Shown here piece after piece: positions 41,436 to 50,180 of a stretch of DNA of 64,000 nt; position 1 is the stretch's first letter; each line of letters begins with the position of its first letter. Both the position numbers and the translations under genes were made by a program. The DNA lies in the NCBI GenBank assembly GCA_963752675.1, contig CAVVZO010000015.1, positions 564,906-628,905 of the forward strand, given 5' to 3'. Origin of the DNA: an uncultured Acidobacteriaceae bacterium. GTDB taxonomy: Bacteria; Acidobacteriota; Terriglobia; Terriglobales; Acidobacteriaceae. Below the pieces are notes generated by a model that ran no database searches, was not told the origin of the DNA, and saw only the letters and a list, made by a program, of their open reading frames with translations.

Positions 41436-41745
41436 TTTGTCATCCCGAGCAATCTGCTTGCAGTGCAAGTTAAGGACGGGATGAACCGGGGTGCGATACG
41501 CATCGGTCTGGCTGAGGGAGCGGAGCAGGATGTCCCCACTCAAGCCAAACGCGGCTTGAGTGGGCCACCCTCGGCTTTTCTGGATGCGGGCAGGGAGCAA
41601 ATCCTCCTGAGTGGCGACTGATCGGACCCTAAAAACTTTAGGGTGGCCCATTCAAGCCGCGTTTGGCTTGAGTGGGGGACATTTGAACCCTCGTCCAGAG
41701 CGCATTTCAGTTTGTTCATTACGAGCGCAGTCGAGGGATGACAAA
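41436..41745. repeat. Composite nested-palindrome element, copy 1 (REPIN/MITE-like): left flank X, 42-bp IR, 70-bp core, 42-bp IR, right flank Y
   Basis: IR-L is at 41529-41570 and IR-R at 41641-41682, and they are reverse complements. Each arm contains its own hairpin ccactcaagcc-N6-ggcttgagtgg. Outer termini are tttgtcatccc and gggatgacaaa. A paralogous copy lies at 61697-62000. Confidence 0.8.
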
Positions 41746-42037
41746 AAGGGTGGGGACCAGAGGTGATGGTGCGGGAAAGGACCAAGTGCTCAAGATTCTC
41801 AATCAGACTCAAAGCGGCGGGTAGATCAAAAGGCAAGCGCCTGTGAGCGGTTAGCCCACAGGCGCGCCGAAGAGCAGCCCTCCCCCAGAACTGATCCTCG
41901 AACAGCAAGATACCCGCCGAAGACGTACTTTCCTACATCACGCCCGTTATCCCCCGCCGTGACCAATGCGGAGGTTACCTGGCTCGGGCATTGTGTGATA
42001 CATCCTTGTGGTGCCTGCAGACGCTTGTTGACCTCCC

Positions 42038-44068
42038 ATGAATTTTCTCCGCTACCTCTATTGGCTGACGATCTTTCTGAGCGCCTTCCTGCTATTTGCC
42101 GCCGAACCGATCGCGGCCAAGCAGTTACTCCCCGCGCTGGGCGGTTCTTCCGCCGTCTGGACGACATGCCTGGTTTTCTTTTCGGCCGTGCTCTTGCTGG
42201 GGTATTTGTACGCCCATTGGATGTCTTCGCGGTTCACGCCCCGGCAGCAGGCGTGGATACATGTCGCGCTCCTCACCGCGGCGCTGCTCACTCTCGGAAA
42301 CCCGGTCCGGCCTAACGGTACAGCCGTTTCGTTCCACCCCGCGTGGACGGTTTTTCGGGTGCTGACCACCGTAATCGGCTTACCGTACCTGGTGCTTTCG
42401 TCCACTACGCCGTTGCTGACCAGCTGGTACGCCGAGAGCTTCGCGGGCCGATCGCCCTACCGGCTCTTTGCGCTCTCAAATTTCGCGTCGTTACTAGCCC
42501 TCGCCAGCTATCCCATCCTGATCGAACCGCACATCACGATGAGCCGCCAACGGGAGTGGTGGAGCTCCAGCTTCTTGCTCTTCGCCATTGTGGGCGGGGC
42601 GATTGCCTGGCAAGGACGGCGCCGCAGCGCGATGCCCAGGTTACCTTCCAATGATCAAGCGATGGACTCGCAGGCCGGCGTAGCGGCATTCTGGTTTCTG
42701 CTGGCAGCGGGTGGCGGCATGATGCTCACCGCGGTCACCAACCACATGAGTGAAAACATCGCGGCCATTCCGCTGTTGTGGCTACCTCCGCTCGCCTTGT
42801 ATCTCTTGTCGTTCATCCTGGCTTTCCAGGGTGCGTGGGCGCCGATTCGCCAGTCGAGTTTGCGGGTCATCCTGCTGGCAGTGGCCTCCATGGCGTACGG
42901 ACTGCGCGATATACGGCTGCAGGTGCCGATTATGGTGAGCGTGCCCATCTTCCTCACCGGCCTGTTTTTGACCTGCTTCTTTCTACATGGGGAGTTGTAT
43001 GCGCGGCGGCCGGGCCCCAGCGGCCTGACGCGGTTCTACCTGATCGTGGCGGCTGGGGGCGCGGCGGGCACACTGCTCGTGGGGGTAGGGGCGCCGCTCA
43101 TTCTGCGAGCCAATTACGACCTGGCCGGCACCCTGGTAGTTGTGGCCATCATCGCCCTTGCGGCGACCTGGCAGGACGGTTGGACAGTTCGCGTTTTGTG
43201 GGTGGTTGGGATTGTGGCGTGTGTCGTGGTGTTGAGCAACCAGGTGCGCCAGTATGATGACGATGCAGTCGCCCTGATGCGTAACTTTTACGGAACACTC
43301 CGTGTCCGCGAAACCCATGTGCCAGCCCAGGCAGATACAGACAGGCAGTTGCTGAACGGCACCATCGAGCACGGGGCCGAGTGGTTCGCTGCGCCGTTTC
43401 GTGGCCAGCCGTTAACGTACTACGGGGCTGACTCCGGCCTGGGCCTGGCTATGCGGCTCTGCTGTGGGACGGGCACCAAGCGGGTGGGTGTGATCGGCCT
43501 GGGCACAGGAACCATCGCTGCCTACGGCAACGCAGGCGACGTGATCCGGTTTTACGAAATCAACCCCTCGGTGGAGCGGCTCGCACGGCATTGGTTTACA
43601 TTTCTGCACGACAGCAGCGGTCACTCCGATGTGGTCCTGGGGGATGCTCGCCTATCGCTCGCTGCGGAGGCGCCGCAGCACTTTAATGTAATCGCCGTAG
43701 ATGCGTTCTCCGGCGATGCCATCCCCGTGCACCTCCTCACACGAGAGGCATTGACCCTCTACCGCCGGCACCTGCAGCCAGACGGCATCATCGCCTTCCA
43801 TGTGTCCAACCGGTATGTCGATCTCGAACCGGTCGTGGCAGCACTTGCCAAAGATGCGGGGCTGCAAGCCATGTCAGTGCACTCGCGCAGCGACGCGGCA
43901 AATGGCCTTTACTACGCAAATTGGATCCTGGTGACCGGAAACCGGAGTTTCATCAACTTGCCAGAGTTGGTCAACAACGCGTTCCCGGCTCCACTGCCCA
44001 CGGGGATCCGCTTGTGGACTGACAACTACAGTAGCGTATTCCCGTTGCTCAAATGGCATGGACGGTAG
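42038..44068 (+). CDS. Fused polytopic membrane domain and spermidine-synthase-like (class I methyltransferase fold) protein
   Basis: About 400 aa of TM segments are followed by VGVIGLGTGTIAAY...FYEINP...VIAVDAFSGDAIPVHLLT...GIIAFHVSN, the spermidine synthase-like pattern. Confidence 0.7.
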   Translation: MNFLRYLYWLTIFLSAFLLFAAEPIAAKQLLPALGGSSAVWTTCLVFFSAVLLLGYLYAHWMSSRFTPRQQAWIHVALLTAALLTLGNPVRPNGTAVSFHPAWTVFRVLTTVIGLPYLVLSSTTPLLTSWYAESFAGRSPYRLFALSNFASLLALASYPILIEPHITMSRQREWWSSSFLLFAIVGGAIAWQGRRRSAMPRLPSNDQAMDSQAGVAAFWFLLAAGGGMMLTAVTNHMSENIAAIPLLWLPPLALYLLSFILAFQGAWAPIRQSSLRVILLAVASMAYGLRDIRLQVPIMVSVPIFLTGLFLTCFFLHGELYARRPGPSGLTRFYLIVAAGGAAGTLLVGVGAPLILRANYDLAGTLVVVAIIALAATWQDGWTVRVLWVVGIVACVVVLSNQVRQYDDDAVALMRNFYGTLRVRETHVPAQADTDRQLLNGTIEHGAEWFAAPFRGQPLTYYGADSGLGLAMRLCCGTGTKRVGVIGLGTGTIAAYGNAGDVIRFYEINPSVERLARHWFTFLHDSSGHSDVVLGDARLSLAAEAPQHFNVIAVDAFSGDAIPVHLLTREALTLYRRHLQPDGIIAFHVSNRYVDLEPVVAALAKDAGLQAMSVHSRSDAANGLYYANWILVTGNRSFINLPELVNNAFPAPLPTGIRLWTDNYSSVFPLLKWHGR

Positions 44069-44089
44069 CCGTCGAGCCTGGGGCACACC

Positions 44090-44264
44090 GGTGTAGATGT
44101 ACCCCGCTCAAGCCAAACACGGCTTGAATGGGCCACCCGGGTTCTTCTTTGGGTGAGGGTAGCAACGAGAGTTTCCCAAAGGATTAGCTTTCTCGCGAAA
44201 ACACAAACTACCGCTGGGTGGCCCATTCAAGCCGTGTTTGGCTTGAGTGGGGTACATCTACACC
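44090..44264. repeat. REPIN-like element, copy 3: 49-bp inverted repeats around a 77-bp core
   Basis: ggtgtagatgtaccccgctcaagccaaacacggcttgaatgggccaccc (44090-44138) matches the reverse complement of 44216-44264. Confidence 0.8.
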
Positions 44265-44420
44265 GACGAATGGCAAATTGCCGACAGCCACCGCGGAATG
44301 CGCTCCGCTTGCCAAGCACGTCGAAGGGGGCCGATGAGGATGTGCGGCTCGCTCACCAGTGCGGGCTACAAGTTTGGTACAGCCCGGAAGACGTTCCGGG
44401 TTGCGGGGCTTAGTGGGCCC

Positions 44421-46687
44421 CTACTCGCCGAAGTTGATGCGTAGACCAAATCGAGCTACGCGCGGCGAGGCCAATGTAAGCGTTGGCGTTTTGCCGGCTT
44501 CGATTGTGCGGTCGAAGAGGTTGTCGCCGGCCGCAAACGCTGTCAGCCGGTGACCGAAATCGTGGGAAGCGTAAGCTCCGAAACGAAAATAACTGTGCAG
44601 GAGGAACTGATTGGCATCGTCGTCATACTGCCGCCCGCTGAGGCGGCCCTGCAGACTAAGCAAGCCCAGCCGGCGGCGAGAAAAGGTGAGCTGGGTGGTG
44701 GCCATGTTGCGAGCAACCTGCGGTATCCAATTCCCGACTATTTGGGGTTGCTGCGTATAGCTGGTGACGGTGGCATCGGCGTATTGATAGCCACCTTCGA
44801 TACCAACCCAGCTCGCCGGACGTGATGCAAAGTCGACTGAGATGCCCCGGCTCTCGATCTGGCCCAGGTTCTCCCGCTTCAGGAGCACGCTGCTGGGTGT
44901 GGAACTCAAGGTGAGCGCGGTGATCGGCCGGTTGATGCGGGTCCAGAAGTAGCTGACGCGGACGGTTGAACCAACCGATGGCAAATCGGCGTGTACCCCT
45001 GCTTCCCAGCCAGTAGCGCGCTCTGAGCGCAAATTGGGGTTGGGCTGGGTGGTTTGCGAGCCCACCTGGCCGGTACGGTAAAGCTCATTCTCAGTCGGCG
45101 CGCGATAGGCGCGGAAGGCTGAGGCATTCAGGGCCAGCGTCGAAGTGATGCGGCGGGTAATCCCAAGCCGCGGGTCGAACACGGTCTCATTGAGTGCCGG
45201 CAGCTTTAAAGGAGCCGTCGCCGTCTTGTACTGGTTGGCGTCAAAGTTCGAGAAGTGATCGACCCTGCCGGAAAGGCTGACCGTCCAGGCCGGCGGGGTA
45301 AACAGGACTTCTCCGTACGCGCCGCTCTGCCGTTGGCGAGCAGTGGTATTCAAATAGCCTTTGGCACCGGTAAACAGGGTTTCGTAATCAGCCGCACGCA
45401 CGTCGTGGATGTCTGCTCCCGCGAGCAGCAGCACGTGAGACCCGACCGTCTGATGCCAATGCCCTGCGGCTCCCAGTTCACCCGCGGGGTTCTTTCCCAG
45501 GCGTGTCTGCGTCTCACTTTTACGGGAAGCAGCAATGCTGGAAAAGGTCTGCGAGTAATGCTCGGTGTCTCCGAAAACCCGTAGGACCAGGTTGCTCCAG
45601 TCTGCTCCGGCAGCGTAGCGCCAAAGGCGCGTGCTGTTGATCTGAATGGGGGTTCCATTGTGGCGATCTTCGTTCAGAATGCTGCCGCGTAGGAAAAAAC
45701 GACCGCCGGAACCCAGAGCGTGGTCGAACTCCGTCAAGCCGTTCTGGGCGTGCACGTTATAAGGCGTGTCGATCGGGCCGCGAGCGCTCGGGGCGATGAG
45801 GACGTACCCGTCCGTAGCAATCAGCTGCGAGCTGAGCAGGCCAGACCACTTGCCGGCCTTCACTGTGCCGAGAAGCGAGCTGTCTGACGTGGCCTCAGAA
45901 CCGTAGCTGCTGGAAAGCTGAAAGCGGTTGTGCTCGGGACGGACAGGGAACGATGCTGATGACCCCGCCGATCGCGCTCGACCCGTACAGGTCAGAGGCG
46001 CCGCCACGCACCAGTTCCACGGAATGAATCACGGGGGGAGGCAGTTCTTCCCAATGGATCCAGCCGCCGAATGGGTCGGCAATCGGAATATCGTCAAAGG
46101 CCACGAGTGAGCGGCTAGCGGCGGTGGACCCTAGTCCGCGGAGCGACACGCCCTCCGTGGTGGGGTTGGCCACGAGCGAACTGGTGCGGCGGAAAAGCTC
46201 GAAGCCGGGAACCTGGCGCAGCTTGTCGTCGAGCGAAATGCCGGCTGCCTGCCGCAGGTGCTGCGCACTGAGCATGCGCGTACTGGCTGGGCTGTCTCCG
46301 GAAGCCAGCGGCGACCGATACGCGGTCACCAGAACGCTTTCCAATGGGTGCTCCATGAGCACATGTACAGGAGAAGGTCCCTGCAGCGTGACTGCGGTCG
46401 GCTCATAGTGGGTGGCGGTGATTTGCACCTCGCCGGCAGTCGCGGGCACGGTAAAGCTGCCATCGGAAGCGGAGGTGGCCAGCAGATTCCCCGAGCTGTC
46501 TCTTATTTCAGCCCCGGGAACCGGCTGATTCCGGGCATCCACAATGGTTCCCGGAAAGAGTCGCGGGTGCGGTAGGCTGCTGCGCGGGCGCGTATTGGCT
46601 GAGGGCCAACGACAGGAGCACCGGGAGGATCAGAGCGCGGAGACGGCCGGAATGACACTTCTGGTGCAAAGTCGTTGAAAACAACAT
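44421..46687 (-). pseudogene. TonB-dependent receptor (CarboxypepD_reg, plug and barrel), with two frameshifts (46550-46552 and 45946-45948)
   Basis: Signal peptide MLFSTTLHQKCHSGRLRALILPVLLSLALSQYAPAQQ starts at ATG 46687. The second frame has TIVDARNQPVPGAEIRD and the plug domain (ORF 45895-46542). The barrel is in the third frame (ORF 44421-46007) and ends FGLRINFGE. Both shifts are at CCC/GGG runs. Confidence 0.8.
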
Positions 46688-46773
46688 GTTTCCCTACCAT
46701 ACCAGCGCCGCGGGGCTAAATAAGCAGCGGCGCTGGACAAATAGTCGCGAATACTTCGCGGCAGGGGTAGGAG

Positions 46774-47190
46774 CTAGCCTTTGAGTGCGGCAGCGCCTGC
46801 CTCGGCTACAGCGTGATCGTCTTTGCCGGAGCTTCCGCTGACACCGATCGCACCGACCACTTCCCCTCCGCGCTTAATTGGGATGCCGCCGGCGAAGATC
46901 ATGATCTTGCCATTGTTGGAGACGTGAATACCGAAGAATTGGTCGCCCGATTGTGAGTTCTCGCCCAGTGACTTGGTGTCGAGATCGAAGGCGCGCGCGG
47001 TGAAGGCTTTCTTCTGCGCAATGTCGATGCTGCCGATCCATGCCCCGTCCATGCGCTCGAAGGCCACCAGGTTGGCCCCCGCGTCGACTACGGCGATGTT
47101 CATCAACACCTTGAGCTCGTTCGCCTTAGCAGTGGCAGCCGCGATGATCTGACGAGCTTCCACCAGTGAAATACCAATTGCTTTTCCCAT
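46774..47190 (-). CDS. GlcG/HbpS-like heme-binding protein (DUF336)
   Basis: NIAVVDAGANLVAFERMDGA...IAQKKAFTA...GGIPI...GAIGVSGSSGKDDHAVAEAG. Confidence 0.85.
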   Translation of the reverse strand: MGKAIGISLVEARQIIAAATAKANELKVLMNIAVVDAGANLVAFERMDGAWIGSIDIAQKKAFTARAFDLDTKSLGENSQSGDQFFGIHVSNNGKIMIFAGGIPIKRGGEVVGAIGVSGSSGKDDHAVAEAGAAALKG

Positions 47191-47213
47191 TCGATTCCCT
47201 TTCGTGTGCTTGT

Positions 47214-49103
47214 TTACTTTAGCTCTTCGAAGAGCTTTTCCCCTTCGCCCGGGGCAAGAAAGCGGTTGCTCTCGAGCCCATGCTGCCGCGTATAGAGGTC
47301 GTAGTAGCGGCCTTCGAGCGTGTAGAGCGTCTCGTGAGTGCCCCGCTCGACGATGCGGCCGCCTTCGATGACCAGGATCTGATCAGCCCGGCGAATGGTC
47401 GAGAGGCGGTGAGCGATCACAAACGTGGTGCGCCCCTGCATCAGGTAGCTGAGACCGTTCTGAATCATGGCTTCGGACTCCGAGTCGAGCGACGAGGTGG
47501 CCTCATCCAGGATCAGGATGCGGGGATCCGCCAGGATGGCGCGCGCGATCGAAAGCCGCTGCCGCTGACCGCCGGAAAGCTTGACGCCGCGCTCGCCCAC
47601 AATCGTGTCATAGCTTTCAGGAAAGCGCTCGGCGAATTCATCGACGCGGGCAATCGTGCAGGCGGATAAGAACTGCTCTTCCGTTGCGTTGGGGCGGGAG
47701 AAGACGACGTTCTCGCGGATCGTACCGTCGAAGAGGAACGATTCCTGCAGCACCACGCCGAGTTGGCTGCGAAAGCTGTTCAACCGAACAGTCGAGAGGT
47801 CTATGCCATCCACCAGCACCTTGCCCGAGTTGGGATCGTGAAAAGCGCAAATCAAGCTGATGATGGTGGATTTGCCGGAACCCGAAGAGCCCACCAGGGC
47901 CGTGACCGTGCCGGGACGGGCATGAAACGAAACGCCGTGGAGGACGGGTTTGTCGACCTCATAGGCGAAGCGAACATCGTCAAACACCACGTCGCCTTCG
48001 ATCGGACCCAACTGAACGGTGCGGCCGGGCTCGGCGTCTTCCTCAGTCTCAGCGAGGATTTCGCTGGTGCGATCGAGGCCTGCAATGGCTTCCGTGAGCT
48101 GGGTGCCTACGTTGACCACCTGGAACACCGGGGCGACCATGAAGGCGAGAAACATGGTGTACGTGAAGTAGTCGCCAAGGGTGATGTGATGGGCCATCTC
48201 CTGCTGGGAACCAAGCCACATGACGACCGCTCCGACGACGCCCAGGATGGCGGTCGCGGCTAACGACAGCAGCGATGTGGCCGTGAGCGAGCGCACGACG
48301 TTCTGGTAGAGCCGCTCAACGCCGCCGGCGAAGACGCCGGCTTCACGATCTTCTGCGTGGTAGCCCTTCACGACCCGCACGCCGCCGAGTGACTCCGTCA
48401 ACCGGCCCGTCACCTCAGCGTTGATCTTGCCGCGTTCGCGGAAAATAGGCCGGATCACCCCGAAGGCCTTGCGCAGGATGAAGACGAAGGTAAGCACAAA
48501 AGCGAAGGAGATCAAGGTGATCTTGGCGCTGATGCGCATGAGGATCACAAACGCCAGCACAGCGGTGAGCAGGCCTCCGACAAAGTCGACCAGACCGGTG
48601 CCGATCAGGTTCCGCACGCCTTCGACGTCGGACATGATGCGCGAGACCAGCACACCCGTTCGCGTGGAGTCATAAAAGCTCACCGAGAGACGGCCGATGT
48701 GCTGCTGCACCTGCATGCGCAGATCGGCGATCAGCCGCTGAGCGGCTTTTGACAACAGCTGGGTGAGGGAAAACGAGGTAACCGCCTGGATCGCGGTGGC
48801 CAGAAGAACCGCACCGACAATCCAGGGCAGTTTCTGGGCCTGGTGTTTGACCAACACGTTATCGACAAGGAACTTGGTCGAGGCGGGCAGGACCAATCCT
48901 GAAACGCGATTGATCACCATCAGCACAAAGCCCACCGCCAGCAGACCCCTGCGGGGCCGGATCAGCTTCCAGATCTCTGGCAGGACCTTGCGTAAGGCGG
49001 GTTTCTTCTTCTTTTCAGTTGCGTCATCCGCGCCGGCACGACCGCGTGTGGTCCGCTCGGCACGAAGAGACATGCCGGCGCCGGCACTGGATCGCATGCT
49101 CAC
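47214..49103 (-). CDS. ABC transporter, fused permease and ATPase (MsbA-like exporter)
   Basis: Six-TM N-domain. Walker A GSSGSGKST. Signature LSGGQRQRLSIARA. Walker B ILILDEATS. Confidence 0.88.
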   Translation of the reverse strand: MSMRSSAGAGMSLRAERTTRGRAGADDATEKKKKPALRKVLPEIWKLIRPRRGLLAVGFVLMVINRVSGLVLPASTKFLVDNVLVKHQAQKLPWIVGAVLLATAIQAVTSFSLTQLLSKAAQRLIADLRMQVQQHIGRLSVSFYDSTRTGVLVSRIMSDVEGVRNLIGTGLVDFVGGLLTAVLAFVILMRISAKITLISFAFVLTFVFILRKAFGVIRPIFRERGKINAEVTGRLTESLGGVRVVKGYHAEDREAGVFAGGVERLYQNVVRSLTATSLLSLAATAILGVVGAVVMWLGSQQEMAHHITLGDYFTYTMFLAFMVAPVFQVVNVGTQLTEAIAGLDRTSEILAETEEDAEPGRTVQLGPIEGDVVFDDVRFAYEVDKPVLHGVSFHARPGTVTALVGSSGSGKSTIISLICAFHDPNSGKVLVDGIDLSTVRLNSFRSQLGVVLQESFLFDGTIRENVVFSRPNATEEQFLSACTIARVDEFAERFPESYDTIVGERGVKLSGGQRQRLSIARAILADPRILILDEATSSLDSESEAMIQNGLSYLMQGRTTFVIAHRLSTIRRADQILVIEGGRIVERGTHETLYTLEGRYYDLYTRQHGLESNRFLAPGEGEKLFEELK

Positions 49104-49115
49104 GTTAGTAGGCCT

Positions 49116-49490
49116 CTAGACTCTGGTGCGTCTGGCGGCAATAAATGAGCGCACACAAAGTAGTACATAGATGAGCATGAGGGCAGACATTGCTGCTTTT
49201 TCTTCAATGGCAGGATGGTTTGGCAAGAGAGTGCCCTTGACCAGTTGCACGGCCTGGAAGAGGGATTTAGCCGTACTGAGGAAGCCCAGCAGCCCGAGTG
49301 TGACGGAAATGTGCATAAACAAGGCACGCCGGCGCGCATCCGGCGTTTCCGCCATGCTGCCGAAGGTAATAAAGAGGATCCCAAAAGCGGCTGGAATGAG
49401 CGAGGTGGGGAACTTATGGCCGGTGAGCACAAAGCTCGCACCGCCCAGAAGAATGAGGACAATACCAAATACGACCGTCAGTTTTGCCAT
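49116..49490 (-). CDS. Small four-TM membrane protein, function unknown
   Basis: 124 aa with four hydrophobic segments. It lies 12 nt upstream of the ABC exporter gene on the same strand. I recognise no motif. Confidence 0.5.
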   Translation of the reverse strand: MAKLTVVFGIVLILLGGASFVLTGHKFPTSLIPAAFGILFITFGSMAETPDARRRALFMHISVTLGLLGFLSTAKSLFQAVQLVKGTLLPNHPAIEEKAAMSALMLIYVLLCVRSFIAARRTRV

Positions 49491-49617
49491 TTAACGTGAT
49501 TGCCTCGGGGGCAGAGTTAGGGGTGATGAAATGCCATGCTTCGGGCTTCTCTGCAAAGAGCAGGAGAAGCGTGAGCACAGGCTTGATTTTACCCCGGGGA
49601 GGCTGACGGGCCGGTCG

Positions 49618-50130
49618 CTATACGGTGATCTTGCCCTCGACCATGAGGATCTTATCCAAAATTTCCTGCACGATTTTGGATGGAGGGCCTTCTGCGTTGA
49701 CCCGGGTGAGATCGGGAGTGATCTCCAGGGTATCAAGCTGGCTTTGCAGCAGTTCGGGGCTCATGTAGTGGTTCTTGCGGGCCTTGAGGCGCTCTTCCAA
49801 CACCTTTCGGGACACTTCAAGCAGGATGAAGCGGATATTTACCGAGGGAATCTGCGGCGTAAGCGCATCGCGGTAGGCAGTTTTGAGGGCGGAACAGCCC
49901 AGGATGCCACTGGTTCCGGCTTCGTACCATCCGAGGAGCAGGTTATGCAGGCTGACCAGCCAGGGCCCACGATCTTCGTCCGTCAAAGGAATGCCGGCGT
50001 GCATCTTGGCCTTGTTGGCCTCGGAATGGTAGTCATCCGCGTCGGCGAAGCGCCAGCCTGTTTCAGCAGCCAGCATGTTGCCGATGGTGGTCTTGCCAGA
50101 CCCGGTCACGCCCATGAGAACGAGTATCAT
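49618..50130 (-). CDS. gntK: Gluconokinase
   Basis: P-loop LMGVTGSGKTT...DADDYHS...KM..GIPLTDEDRGPWL...CSALK is the GntK/IdnK pattern. Length is 170 aa. Confidence 0.85.
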   Translation of the reverse strand: MILVLMGVTGSGKTTIGNMLAAETGWRFADADDYHSEANKAKMHAGIPLTDEDRGPWLVSLHNLLLGWYEAGTSGILGCSALKTAYRDALTPQIPSVNIRFILLEVSRKVLEERLKARKNHYMSPELLQSQLDTLEITPDLTRVNAEGPPSKIVQEILDKILMVEGKITV

Positions 50131-50180
50131 AGCTACCTTTTAATGCCTGCAGGTCACCCAGCGCAAATGCGCAGGCGCGC

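Noticed and set aside
41241-41651. A 136-aa ORF (MGHPKVFRVRS...), with relatives at 44026-44226, 53661-54041, 61673-61888 and 61821-62015.
   Set aside because: These are translations of the REPIN-like arms, giving recurrent WPTQAAFGLSG and VAHSSRVWLEWGT peptides. They occur in both orientations and in intergenic positions only, so they are not genes.
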